64,000 bases of DNA, taken from NCBI RefSeq assembly GCF_039654945.1, contig NW_027361829.1, positions 40,734,001 to 40,798,000 of the forward strand. Direction: 5' to 3'. The notes under the pieces were generated by a model. That model was not told the DNA's origin and made no database searches. It saw only the letters and a program-made list of their open reading frames with translations. This document shows, one piece after another, positions 11,690 through 24,853 of the stretch (the first letter of the stretch is position 1; every line of letters starts with the position of its first letter). The stretch comes from Dendrobates tinctorius. Its lineage: Eukaryota. The position numbers were made by a program, and so were the translations under genes.

Positions 11690-12700
11690 AAACGTAGAAT
11701 CATCTGGTTTCATTGTAGATGTATCCCAGGACTACTTTGCTGTCTGAGTAGAACTTGGCTTGTGTCAGGTCGATAGCCATCTCGGATGCGATGAACTCTG
11801 CTAACTCAACGACTAAGACTGCAGCACAAAGTTCTAACCTTGGTATGGTGTGCTCTGGTTGTGGAGCAAGTTTGGCCTTCCCCATAACGAATCCAATGTG
11901 GCTCTGACATTTGGAGTCCACAGTTTTGAGATAGGCAACTGCAGCAATTGCTTTGACAGAAGCATCTGCAAATAAGTACAGTCTTTGGCTCAGTATCTCT
12001 GTAGACGGCACAGGGGTGTATGGCCTTGGCACATTCAGATTGGAGAGGGCTGCTAAAGAGTTCTTCCACACTTCCCACTGGATTCTCTTATCAGGTGGCA
12101 GAGGTGCATCCCAGTCAGAAGTGTCCTTAGTTAAGTCTCTTAGTATGGCTTTGCCTTGTATAGTGACAGGAGCTACAAAACCTAAGGGTTCGTACAGGCT
12201 GTTGATGGTAGACAGGACACCTCTGCATGTGAAAGGCTTTTCTTCCTGGCTGACCTGAAAGGTAAAAGTGTCTGACTGTAGAGTCCAGAGAAGCCCGAGG
12301 CTGCGTTGCCTTGGTGTGGGGTCTGACCCCAGGTACAGGTATCTAAGACCGTTACACAAGTCTTGTGCAGGGAATGCCTTCATGAGTTCTTGGCTGTTTG
12401 AGGCTATTTTGTGAAGCCTGAGGTTGGAGCAAGCAAGCATCTCTTGGGCTCTCCTGAGAAGACTGATGGCAGTCTCATTTGAAGGCATGGCTTTCAGATA
12501 GTCATCAACATAAGTCTTTTTCTATGAATTGTCTGACATCTGATCCGTATTCTGTTTCTCCTTCTTGAGCTGACCTTTTGAGTCCATAGATGGCGACTGC
12601 AGGAGATGGGCTATTGCCAAAGATGTGCACTCTCATGCGGTACTCTGTGACCTCTTTAATAGCATCATTGTCTCTGTACCAGAAGAATCTTATGAAGTTA

Positions 12701-12703
<3 letters not shown>

Positions 12704-12741
<38 letters not shown>
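12704..12741. repeat. (CT)n microsatellite expanded inside BEL RT
   Basis: Visible dinucleotide run producing ERERER in ORF 12505-12753. Confidence 0.95.
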
Positions 12742-12744
<3 letters not shown>

Positions 12745-13739
12745 AGGAGTCAATGGAACATTTGCTGGATGTCAGCGATGAAGGCAATGGAATCCTTACG
12801 GAAGCGCATAAGTACTCCCAGCAGTTTGTTATTGAGATCTGGTCCTGTCAGTAGAACCTCATTCAGGGAGACATCATCAAACTTAGCACTGGAGTCAAAC
12901 ACCACTCTAATCTGGCCCGGTTTCTTAGGGTGGTATACTCCAAACATGGGTAGGAACCAGCATTCTTCAGAGTCTTTGAGAGTGGGAGCTAGTTCTGCAT
13001 GGCAGTTCTCAAATATCTTTGACATGAAGGTAAAGAAGTGATCTTTTATCTCTGGTTTCTTCTGCAGATTATGTTTGAGAGAGGAGAAACGTTTGAATGC
13101 CTGATCTCTGTTGTTTGGTAGACGTGGTCTGTAGGTTCTGAAGGGAAGAGGTGCGACCCAGCTGTTGGTCTCCTCTTTTACCAGTCCCTTGTCCATTACC
13201 TCTAGGAACAACTTATCCTCTACTGACATTGCTACTTAGTTGTCTTGCTTAGTTCTATGGAAGACTGTGCACCCCAACTGATCCTCATAGCTTCCTGACA
13301 TCATACTGCTGTCATGAGTAAAGTCTATTAAATGATTGGGTAGTTGGGTGCTGTGTGGTAGTTACTTGACATGGAACTCGTTATTGCAAGGTTGAAACAG
13401 AGATGGGCGCCCTTTCTCCAATGTATTTGTTAGCATACTTGTCACTAGGGATGAGCAATATTGCCCAATATCGTATCGGAATTCCGATTTCCGATATTGG
13501 AAAATATCGGATATCGGAATTTCCGATTTCTGATATCAATGCAAGTCAAAGGGAGAAAAAAATCGGAATTACGAAATGACCACTACAGTGCTATATAATG
13601 GATAAAATGGAGGGGAAACACCTCAGGATAATGGGGAAGGAGTTTGCAGAGGAGCAAAAAAATCGCTAGAAAAATGCACCGACCGAAAGCTGTAGCAGAA
13701 AAACTTGTCGCCATCTTCTTAACAGCGGTGTTTTTTCTT

Positions 13740-13952
13740 TGGGTTAGGATTAGTTGGGGTAGGGTTAGGGTTTATGGTTAGTAGGATAAAGGTTAGGGTT
13801 AGTAGGGTTAGGGTAAGGGTTAGGGTTATGCTTATGGTTAGTAGGGTTGTTAGGGCTAGGGGTTATGGTTAGTAGGGTTAGGGTTAGTAGGGTTAGTGGT
13901 TAGGATTAGTAGTGTTATGGTTAGGGTTAGGGTTGGTTGGGGTTAGGGTTAG
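13740..13952 (+). repeat. Degenerate TTAGGG telomere-like array inside hAT
   Basis: GGGTTA(G) units with GGTTAGTA variants. Confidence 0.9.
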
Positions 13953-15212
13953 TGATTTTACATTATTAAATTAAAACTGTCGGTGGTGGTGTCAATATGC
14001 CCTTTGACGTGTCCGTGTTCAGCTCACCTTGCTTTGCAGGGAGTTTCCAGGAGCACCATATGGAGGAACGGATACACTCCCTTTAAACCATGCTTAGTCA
14101 TCTTCTGCTGATTATATTACTGTTGTTCAGTAATTCTGCATATTGATATTCTGCTTTTGGTTCATGTACATCTGCTCCTACTGCTTCCTAAACCTCCGTC
14201 TATGGTTATTCTGTTATTGGCTGGTCGCAGAATGTCCCAAACCCAGAGGAAATACGCAGAAGTAACAGTAGGCACAGGAGCTTGAGAGAACCAGCTGGTG
14301 AGTCTGGAACCTGTATAAGCAGCAGAAATCAGCATAAGAGCCAATGGAACTAACGGGCACCAGCTGACGTTAGCGGAGCCCGTTAACTAGGCAGGAGGTA
14401 CCAGAATGCACTACCAAGGACCAGCAGACGTTACTGGAACTCGGATACCACAAAGGAGGGACCTAAGCCATTGACTCTGAGAACCAGCTGACGTTACTGG
14501 AACCCAGATAAGCAGCAGAAGGTAAAAGTGCCAGTGGCTGTACTGGGCAACAGCTGACTACTGTAGCCCGGATACCACAATGTAGTAGTGACATAAGCCA
14601 AAAGCACTGCCGAGAAGCCCAAAAAACCCCCACAAAGACGCAAGTTCAAGAGCAAAAAGACAGGAGTCCAGGGACATCTCCATCTGTCTTCTTGTCTTGA
14701 GTCTTCTGCATCTGTCTTCCTGTCTTGGGTCTTCTACCGGAGTAATGTCTTCTCGGCAGAAGGTGCAAGAGCCACATTTGCCCCCCACAACCCGGACCCA
14801 GTCTTCTTTACTCCGTTGTCGCAGTAGGGGAGAAGCAGGGCCTACTGGCACTGTCGAGACCAGCCTTGAACGCCAGGTCCCGGAGTCCACGTAGGGGGCT
14901 CCTACACTCCCGACACCACGGATAACAGCAAACTGAGTCGTAATGATGTACGGCGGGGGCGTGGAACAGTGCGGCGGACACAACCGTGTAACGGCGATCG
15001 TTGTCGAAACACGATTTGGAGCAGGAGGTACCCGTGCCCTTGGGCACTCCAGAGAACCAGCTGGAGCGGTTTACCCCTCAGGGGAGGCACCTGTGTCTGC
15101 GCTTCACTGCCAGGAAACAGCCGGCGTGGCTGGATCCCGCCTCTTGTGCTTCTGCCTATAGGTGTTTGGCATCTGTCGTCCTTTTTTTCCCCACTTTGGT
15201 CTAACGAGGTAC

Positions 15213-15632
15213 AGCTGGCGGTACTGTTGCCCAGAAACACAGCATGCTGTGAAAGTGGCAGTCACGGAAATGTGCACTAGCTGGCGGTACTAGAGCCCAG
15301 AAACACGGCATGCTGTGAAATCAGCAGTCACGGAAATGGGCACTTGCTGGCTGGAGGTACTAGAGCCCAGAAACACGGCATGCTGTGAAAGTGGCGGTCA
15401 CAGAAATGGGCACTAGCTGGCGGTACTAGAGCCCAGAAACACGGCATGAGTGGAATCAGCAGTCATGGAAATGGGCACTTGCTGGCGGTACTAGAGCTCA
15501 GAAACACGGCATGCTTTGAAATCAGCAGTCACTGAAATGGGCACTAGCTTGCGATACTAGAGCCCAGAAACACGGCATGCTGTAAAATCAGCAGTCACGG
15601 AAATGGGCACTAGCTGGCAGTACTAGAGCCCA
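15213..15632. repeat. ~60-bp minisatellite inside hAT
   Basis: Repeated GCTGGCGGTACTAGAGCCCAGAAACACGGCATGCTGTGAAA...GCAGTCACGGAAATGGGCACT. Confidence 0.9.
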
Positions 15633-15809
15633 TGGAAAACCGTATGAGGTGAAAGAATCACAGAACCAGGTGCTAGAGGTTGGTAGTAGAGGCCAGAGCA
15701 CGGGCATAACAGATGACGATGTGTGCAACATAGGCACATGACAGAGCATGCATACTGCTACCAACCATGCATGTAACCTGTCTACTCTGGCCCAGGGCAG
15801 CAAAAGTCA

Positions 15810-18310
15810 CCAGAAATCCAGGCCTGGTTCATTTTTACGAATGTAAGCCGGTCCACATTTGCAGCGGATAGTCTGGTACATTGGTCTTGTTAGTACATTG
15901 CCAGCTGCACTAAAGACGCGTTCAGAAATCACACTGGCACCAGGACAAGCCAGGACCTCCAAGGCATACTGGCTAAGCTCGGGCCATGTATCCAATTTGG
16001 AGACCCAAAACTTGAAGTGGGCAGATCCATCCTGAAGCACACTGACAGGGGTGGAGAGGTATTGTGCCACCATGTCACGGTGACGTTGCCTCCCAGTGCG
16101 TTGCACTGTCTGTGCTGATGGTGCCAGAACTGTTTGCGGGTTCAGAAACCGTTGGAACAGGTTAGTTATACTGTACCTGTCAGTAGCAGATGTACTGCTT
16201 CTGCTACCGGCTTCTGAACGGATTCCGCTGGGCCCAGGACGCACTGAGGTGCCTGCTAGTGCACGCGCATCACTGCTATGCGGTGGAAAAGAGTACACCA
16301 GGGAATTAACCAGTGCGTCTTGGTACTCCTGCATTTTACATGCCGGGTTCAATGGTGTAATTAGGCTTTGAAGGCTGTCCCGGTAACGTGGATCTAAGAG
16401 GGTGGCTACCCAGTAGTCATTTGTGTGGAGAATATGAGCCACGCGTGGGTCGTTTCTCAGACACTGCAGCATGAAGTCACTCGTGCTGAAGGCTGCCAAC
16501 TGGCCATGCATCGCTGTCACCAGCTGGAGGAATGTGCTCTGGCTGCTCTGCATCACCCCATCCACGCTCTATCTGGTGACTACTAGTAGAGCGCTGTGTA
16601 CTTTCCTCCTCTGGCTCAACCTCATAGTCCTCCTCATCCTCTTCACTTGCTGTGTCCTGCCTGGACCTTTGTGAGGTACCCACAGAGCTTTGTACCAACC
16701 GGGCCGATGAAGATTGCCTGGTTGGTGCAAGTGTCTCATCATTCTCCTCCTCCTGAAAAACCTCTTACCTTAGCCCTTTTAAGTGACGATTCTATAAGGC
16801 GTATAAGAGGAATAGTCAGGCTGAGTAGGGCAGCATCCACGCTCACCATCAGAGTGGAGTCCTCGAAGCACTTTAAAATAGTGCATATGTCCTTCATGGA
16901 TGCCCACTCTGTGGTTGTAAAGTGGGACGGCTGAGATGTGTGTCGCCTACTTTGCGCCTGATGCAGCTGCATCTCCATAATTGCAGGTTGCTGCTCACAC
17001 AACCTCCGCAGCATATGCAAAGTCGAATTCCAGCTGGTGGGGAGGTCAACAATGATGCGGTGCTCGGGCAGGCCCAATCTGCACTGCATGGCTGAAAGGC
17101 GCGATGCAGCCATGCTTGAACGCCGCAAATGAGAGCACTCGTATCTGACTTTGTGCAGCAGCTCCTCAAGGTCAGGATAGTTCCTAAGGAAACTCTGTAC
17201 CACCAAGTTTAGGACACGGGCAAGGCATGGAATGTGAGTCAGACCACCTAGGCCCAGAGCAGCGACCAGGTTTCGGCCGTTGTCACACACCACCATACCT
17301 GGCTGGAGGTTGAGCGGCGCAAGTCACATGTCGCTCTGCTCCTTGAGCGTGTTCCACAGCTCGGTTGCAGTGTGGCTAATATCACCCAGATAAAACAATT
17401 TCAACACGGCCTGTTTGTTTGGCCGATGCAGTGCTGAAATCGGTTGTTGTGGTACGTCTGGGTGCAGGCGAGTCTGACGAGGAGTATGAGGAGGAGTCAA
17501 TTTGTACGGAGGAGAGGCCTGCAATCCGTGGAGTTGGCAGGACCTGCGCACTTGCACTGTCTACTTCAGTTCCAGGCTCAACTACATTTTACCCAATGGG
17601 CGGTGATGGAAATGTAGCGTCCCTTGCAATGCTGACTGGTCCACGCGTCGGTGGTCAGATGGACCTTGCTACTAACTGCATTTTGTAGCGTATGCTTAAT
17701 TTTACGCTCAACATGCCATGATGGGTCAAGGACCTCGTCATCCAATACACTTTCATCAGCAGAAACTGGCAGCTGAGTTTCATCATCATCTGCTGACTGG
17801 GGTCTGGTCACTGTGTGCACTGGCCCACCCTCCACTACTTCCTCAGACGCACACAGTGGTTGCGCATCTGTGCACACTACCTCTTCAGCTGCAGGAATGC
17901 TGTCTGGCTGGCACACAGATTCCAAGCCAACAGATTCTGAGAAGAGGATTAAGGTTGGCTCCTGGCCCTCTGAATGTCTGGGCAATTTAGTGGGCGGTGA
18001 AGAAGCAGATGGGTGCTGCTCTTCAGTGGCCTGACCCGATGTGGTGGAGAGGTCCTGGGAGGATGCTGCACTCATTGAGGTGGATGCCTCAGCTGCCATC
18101 CAACCAACAACGGTTTCTACTTGATCCTTTCATCAGGCTATGGCCCTGCCGCTCCTAACAAGCTGCGCATAAATGACTGCTGCCGGGTGAAAGTAGGTGC
18201 TGAGTGACTTGGGCCTGCTGCTTGCTCTGGATGTGCACCATGTCTAGCTGCTGTTGCACCTCTTCCGCGGCCGCCGCGGGGACGTCCCTTACTCCCTGCC
18301 TTCTTCCGAT
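15810..18310 (-). pseudogene. hAT (Ac/ZBED4-like) transposase, frameshifted, BED region deleted
   Basis: Motifs VHLTTDAWTS, YISITAHW, VVCDNGRNL, HIPCLARVLNLVVQ, TSWNSTL, ATLLDPRY, and dimerisation domain WPELSQYALEVLACPGASVISERVFS. Confidence 0.92.
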
Positions 18311-18593
18311 GGATTCAGAACTGCAAGAAAGTCATTATTAGGGATTAGTATGCTTATTCCTGTAGGACTACAAACAGGTATAAGAAACACTAATGGCACT
18401 GTATGATGGTGTGTCTGCTACACTTTATTTAAATCTAGTGTGGCCTACACAAAGAGTAACGTGTGTTTGTGGTGTTGGTGTACACGTTACGGTCGGATGT
18501 TACAGCGCAGTAAATGACACTGCTGTGATACCCAAAAAAAAAGGATTCTCCGGGACTGGGCCAGGTGCTGTGTGGCACCAGCCACAGAGGTTG

Positions 18594-19135
18594 TTTGGGT
18601 CCCTCACAGCACAATCCCTATATAGTGTTTAACTTTAACCTCAATAGATGCTGTGAGGTAAAGTATCACTTATAGGGGCACTGAGAGTGAATTTACTGGT
18701 GAAAAATGTGGGGGTACGCGATAGAACAGGCCGCACTAGGGGTCCTGCAGTCTGATGTGACTACAAAGACTGACCTAGTGGGTGCAGCACTCCACAAAAA
18801 ATAGCATACAGCTGGCTTACACAGCGGAGGTTACTAACTGTGCAAAGCGCACCAGGGAACAGGGGGGTGGTTTGGGTCCCTCACAGCACAATCCCTATAT
18901 AGTGTTAAGCTTTAACCTCAATAGATGCTGTGAGGTAAAGTAACACTTATAAGGGCACTGAGAGTGAATTTACTGGTGAAAAATGTGGGGGTGCGCGATA
19001 GAACAGGGCACACTAGGGGTCCTGCAGTCTGATGTGACTACAAAGACTGACCTAGTGGGTGCTGCACTCCCCAAAAAAAAGCACACAGGCGGTCTTGCGC
19101 AGCGGAGGTGACTAAACTGTGCAAAGCGCACCCGA
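18594..19135. repeat. ~277-bp tandem duplication inside hAT
   Basis: TTTGGGTCCCTCACAGCACAATCCC... starts at both 18594 and 18871. Confidence 0.9.
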
Positions 19136-22100
19136 GCACCAGGAAAATTGAGGGATAAATGGGGGTAAGGGATTGAGGGGGGAGGTTCTGGGGGAACCCC
19201 TCACTGAAAAATCCCTATATAGCATTCACCAAGATGTACTGGATGGTGAAGCTCCACTTTTAGGAAAAAATAGGGGACGGGGTTTTAAGGGATGAAATCA
19301 AAAGGCTGTGAAATGGCAGTGAGACACACACCACACAGTGCTGCAGCAAGAGGAGCTGCAGCAGCTGCAGTGAATGTGCGCTGCACTGACTCACTAAGCA
19401 CCTCACTGAGAGCCTGCACAGCACAAAAAATGAAACTGAGCGGCGTCAGTGAGGAAAAAGACTGCTTCTGTAACACACAGGGGCTGCTACAGTTGCTGAA
19501 AAACAATTTCTATTGCTATTAGATCCGAGATCTCTCCCTGTCTCCAACAGCAACCTATCCCTATCTGCTTTCACAGTAGAGTGAGGCTAAAATGGCAGGC
19601 GCAGCCTTTTATACAGCCTGATCACACCATCCAGCCAGCCAATCACAGCGCAGCCCCTAGCTAGCACGTTTGGACGCCTCCTACCAAGCTTAGGGGAGTT
19701 ACACAATGTTGTCAGCAATTCTTCAGCTCCTGATTGGCTCCACGGAACTCTTAGAGGCTGAAGGATTATGGGATTTCCGATGTGAAAAAAATATCGGAAT
19801 CGGAATTCTGATATCGCCAATATCGGGCCGATTTCCGATATTTCAATATCGGAAAGCTCATCCCTGCTTGTCACAGAAGATGGGGCATGCATGTGTCCCA
19901 AGCGTACGTTTACTGTTATGACCCATCCTAGGTCTAGCCTTTGGACATAGGGAGCATTGTTGAGTCCATTGATATGACTTCTCACTTTATGAACCTGCAG
20001 GATATCTCTTCCCAACAGCAGTAATATCTGTGACTGAGAGTCGAGTTCCGGTATAAGGTGTGCTATGCGTTTTAAGTAAGCATGATGGATTGCCACATCT
20101 GGTGTAGGGATTTCAGACCTATTGTCTGGGATCTGGTTACACTCGATGATTGTAGGTAGTGGCAGGCAGAATTTTCCGTCTAAGGACTCAATTTGGTAGT
20201 CAGTGGCTTTCCTGCCTGCTGTTGTCACAGTACCTACACATGTCTTTAATGAGTAAGGAGTGCTTGGTCCTTTAATGTTGAATAGGTCAAAGAATGTTGG
20301 TCTAGCCAGGGATCGATTACTTTGATCATCCAAGATAACATACAGTCTCACAGTTTTGTCTCTATGGCCCTTTGGGTACACTCTGACGAGGCATATTTTA
20401 GAACAAAACCTACTGTCTACGGTCCCTTTACAGACTTCAGTACATTGTGAAGTGATCTCTGGCATAGCTGCATCAGTGCTCTTTTCCTCCCCGCCATGCT
20501 CACTGTCAGCTACCATGTTTTGTGCACTCCATGTTGCTGGGCCAGGGTGTAGGGCAGTGTTGTGATCTGTGGTACCACATTCTGTGCATTTTACACTGAC
20601 CTTACAATCCTTGGCGAGATGAGTGGTGGATGAGCTGCACTTGTAGCAGATACCGTTCTCTTTCAGGAAGCTTCTGCGATCCGGCATAGATTTTACTCTG
20701 AAGGCTCTGCATTTCAGGAGAGGATGAGGCTTCTGATGAAGCGGGCACTGCTTGTAAGGTTCTTGTACCTTTGTCTCTGATTGAGAGCAGCCAGCAGACC
20801 TGTAATTGGAACTTGGAGAAGAAACATTAGTCTTGTGCACTGCCACATATTTTCTGCGTTGGTTTGCAGCTGGTGGTGGTGCGGCATATGACATTGCAAA
20901 GTCAAAGCTGGGATCAATTCTGATTGTTGCTTGTTCGTGTATAGAGTCTACAAAAATGGAAAAGGAAGGGAATGAAACACTGTGTTTGTATTTGTATGTG
21001 GAACCACGTGTGAGCCACCTCTCCTGTAGATTGTAGGGCAACTTTTGAACTATAGGGTTAACACCTTTTGGCTGTGTCATGGTATGCAAGTCCTGGTACG
21101 TCACCTTCACATTTGGCGACTAGGACCTCTTGTAGCAGGTCACCTAGCTCTCTAAGTTTTGGGAGTCCTTTGTTAGATATTTTAGGAAAGTCATCGATTC
21201 TTTTGAACAAGGCTCTCTCTATTACCTGAGCCGTAACACTCATCCTGTCTCTTCCAGATCTCTTTGAGACCGATTTGAGGGTGATTTATGTTAATGTCTC
21301 TGATCCTTACTGCGTGTTTGACTGACTCCTCTCCTAGGTATTTGACTAAGAGGTCTATCTCTTCCCTGTGTTGCAGCCCCAAGTCTCTAGTAACATTTTT
21401 GGAAGGAAGCTCTCTGTAACCTTCAGCGTGGTCAGTGAATTTCATGAGTCCCTTAGTAACCAGATCATGTCGTGTGAAGATCCTAGCAAGTTCTGACGTG
21501 AACCGGTTGTCAGCAGAGTATACTGGTGATGGGTCACCCTGATAGTGATGTGAGGTGCGTTCATACCTGTTAGTATCCTCAGGGTGGTGCCAGCCGGTGT
21601 CATATTGCTTCGGTCTGACGTGCGGTGTGTCAGCAAGGTGATTCACGTTGGTTACCTGGTGAGGGGCAAGGTAGACAGCAGAGTTGCTTTGCTCCACGTT
21701 TTCCTGGAGCTGAGCCTCAGGATGACTTTCACTCGTTTCACTGGATGTGTCATGATCTTGGTTATAGTTTGGATCAGGAAGTTCATTAACATATTGAGAT
21801 GTGCGTTGTGGCGAATCTTGCAGCGGCAACTTCAGACATGAACGCACTGCTACGGCTATGCAGCTCAGGGTTGTGCGCTTCTAGTGATTCTGCCTCGGCT
21901 AGTGCTGCAGCAGCCTCTCTTTTTACTGCTAGGCTCTCCAAGGCGGCATCCACTCGTGCCTTTTCTATCTGTGACCTTCTCTCTTGATGTCTATGTGTGC
22001 TTTCTCTAACTTAAGTTGCATCTCTTCTTCAGCATACCTTGCTCGCATTTTGTTAGCTTCAGCATTTGCACGGGCAATGGCGACCACACTGCTGATAGAT

Positions 22101-22459
22101 ACAGTCTTTGAGGAGATAGATGCAGCAGATTTTGTCCTGTGTGATTTGTGGGACATGGTGTCTTGGAGGGATGCTTGGCTGGGCAAAGATTGCTGTAGCT
22201 GTATTAGTCTCTGTGTAGCCGGTGACTTGCGTCTCACTAGATGGATTTCTGCAGTTTACTAGTTCCTGCAAGCTGGATGAAGGGATGTCTTTTCCCTAAA
22301 TTGCACTAGCTGGATAGTGCTGTGTAACTCGCCTCAGCAGGATGGAAGACTCTTCTATCTCTGAGTTCCACTAGCTGGAGAGCCGCTGTTCTCTGCGGTC
22401 CTGCATGATGGAAAGCGCTTCTCTCTGTATTCCCACTAGTGGAAGAGCCGTCGTTTCAC

Positions 22460-23064
22460 TGTTCCGTCTTCAGCTAAATGAACGGGATTACATAGCTTAT
22501 ACGGGCAGCTAAACCGCTATACCAGGGGTCCAATAAGAAGACTGTAGGTTGAATCTGTGCTTTATTGAACGTGATGGTATATTGGGCGGTAAAACTACAA
22601 GCAAACATACAATACAGTCAATCAGTATGGGTACATAAAAATACATAATATACATTATACATATTACCTGCGTTAACAGCTAACCAGGGGGAACTAACTA
22701 AGGAAGGTGATCTAGGACACGGATAGATATGGGAGTGTTATTACTCACCGACGATGCTGACGCAGGGGGAGAAGAGGGATGAGGTGTTTCCAGTATGCAA
22801 GCCTGATAGAAAATGGCAGACTGGGCAAAAAAAGGGGGCTGGAATAGACCAAGATGCCTTGTAAACTTACCCAGGGTACATTGCAGATTGGAGCGAAATC
22901 AAGAACGAAAATGAAACTAAGGTACAATGATACTGTAGTTATTATTTTTGGCCACTAGATGTAGCCAAAACGGTGAACATCAGAATCTATGGCAAACCGA
23001 GCGTTATCACTGAATTTATCAAAATAGACATTCAAGAGTCATTAATTATGTCGGAGACAGAACA
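22460..23064 (-). repeat. 5' LTR of BEL element
   Basis: Direct repeat of 10290-10893; TGTT...AACA termini. Confidence 0.95.
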
Positions 23065-23099
23065 ATTGCGCTCTGCGAACTATTATAAATCAGTAGTGT

Positions 23100-23868
23100 T
23101 GTTACACCTCTCTCACTGCACACATCTGGAGCTAGTGCACGCCGCCCGACATCACTTCCTGTCTCGTTGCTGGCGCTGGGGTCCCGTAGGGTGCGCGTGC
23201 TGCGCGCTCTTGACTCTGCGGCTGCACGCCCGGTCCTGGGTCCTATCGGGCGCGCTTGCACACAACCCGCAGCTCTGACTGCGCCCACACTAACTCTGAC
23301 GTCTCTATGGTCCTGAAGCACCTGACCCGGAAGTCCCTGCGCACATTCCCTATATCAGTGGCCTCTTCCTTTAGGCCGCGCCTGATGTATCATTTTGCTT
23401 CCTTGCTAGGCTGCTTGGTGCCTTTATGGTCGTTCTCTGTACTCGGGTCCACTACCTTGTACTCTGGCATGCTTCTTAGTACGCGATCTGCATTGTCTAA
23501 TACTCTGGCGTGCTTCTTAGTACGCGATCTGCATTGTCTAGTACTCTGGCGTGCTTCTTAGTACGCGATCTGCATTGTCTAGTACTCTGGCGTGCTCCCT
23601 AGTACAAGCTCTGCATTGTCCTGTACCCTGCGTGCCCCCGTGTACACACTTTACGCACTCCTGTACTCTGCGTGCCCCCGTCTTCACCCTGCTTGACATG
23701 GTCTCTCGCGCCTCCTTCGAGCCGGCCACCTGGTTCAGCAGTCTTGGTACTTTTTCCCCCTGGGTCTGCCCTTGACACTCCCTGTATAGAGGATGGTCCT
23801 CTCTAGGTCAGCTCGCCTAGGGTGGGTTGGTATCATGGCCCAGAGGGTCCACTCCAGGAGTCGTTGCA
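23100..23868 (+). mobile_element. Probable solo LTR (Gypsy-like) with internal short tandem repeats
   Basis: TGTTACA...CGTTGCA termini, GC-rich promoter-like segment with CCTATAT, tandem units at 23456-23640. No clean TSD. Confidence 0.55.
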
Positions 23869-24853
23869 AGCAATTTGTTTTTTGCTGCTTTTTTTGTGTT
23901 GTTGCCAGATATTGTCTGTGAGGTCATTGTACAATCTAAAAATCACTTAAAAAATGTCTTTTGAAGTGAACCTTAAAGTGGTGTATGGCTGCTTAGAAAT
24001 CAAAATTACCTGATATGTTCCAAAAATGAGATTATTAATACTTTAGCAATCTCCTGCCAAAGTGTATCCTATCATTTCTAGTTTCCCTGCCAGTCTCTGC
24101 TTCCTGCTCTACCTGGGCTGACTTTGACATTGGGAGCAATCACTGGCTGCAGTGGTGACGAGTACATAACCATTGAGGCCAGGGAATGGCTGCACTGGTT
24201 ACATGTCTGTACAGAGACCTGCAGGAGACCCAGGTAATAAGTAAAAAAAAAAAAAAAAAAAAAAAAGCCAATGATTACCTCTCTTACACATTTTTTTTTA
24301 ATAAACTTATTTACCTTTGTCATTAACAGTAAAACAGATTCTACTTCATTGTGATTATAATTTAATGTGGGGACTCTGCATGTGTGTCAGGTTGTAAGCA
24401 GAGGTAACATTGTTATTACATGGGGAATACAAGTAATGCTGGAAACAGGCAAGTCCGAAAAGCCAAAAGTATTTTTTTTTTTTTTTACATAGATCTAAAA
24501 AATGTCAGTTAGGCTTAATTCCCAGGTGGTAGAAAATGTTTCATGTGGTTGTAAATCTGTAGCAAAATCTGCTTGTGTTACTCCTATATTAACTTCCAGG
24601 GATATCACTGCAGATTTTCCTAGGCTGCATTGCAAAGGGTAAACTTTTTAGCTGAAATCATGAAGATAATTATTTTAACGTACAAAGTATGCAGCGGATT
24701 TGAGTCGACAGCACTAAATTCCACTGTGATTTTCTTTTCCTCCAGCCTGTGCATGAAGTTTTATAGAACCATTAATGTATTATTTGGACTATAAATTGCA
24801 TCTTACCATAAGACGCAGTGTCAATTGGAGGGGGTCATTATCACTAATTTTAA

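Larger units (their letters stand above)
13446..19866 (-). mobile_element. hAT DNA transposon nested in BEL element
   Basis: 8-bp TSD CTTGTCAC on both sides; TIRs TAGGGATGAGC / GCTCATCCCTG; subterminal ATATCGG/CCGAT repeats. Confidence 0.95.
10290..23064 (-). mobile_element. BEL/Pao LTR retrotransposon (degraded, integrase core deleted), interrupted by hAT and Penelope insertions
   Basis: Two ~605-bp LTRs (10290-10893 and 22460-23064, ending ...AGAACA), ATTGC(G) duplication on both flanks, and a PPT-like GCCAGACGGGGAG next to the 3' LTR. Gag Cys/His knuckles (CPLHQKPHPLLKC, CYKC..H..C, CTEC..H), protease ILDDQSNRSL, Pao RT (IRVVFDSSAK, ADIQQMFH, MRVHIFGNSPSP), RNase H (FADAS, TIPRLELCAA). 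Confidence 0.95.

Noticed and set aside
19587-21110. 507-aa ORF as an intact novel gene
   Set aside because: It is BEL gag/protease reading through by chance into the hAT terminus after 19867.
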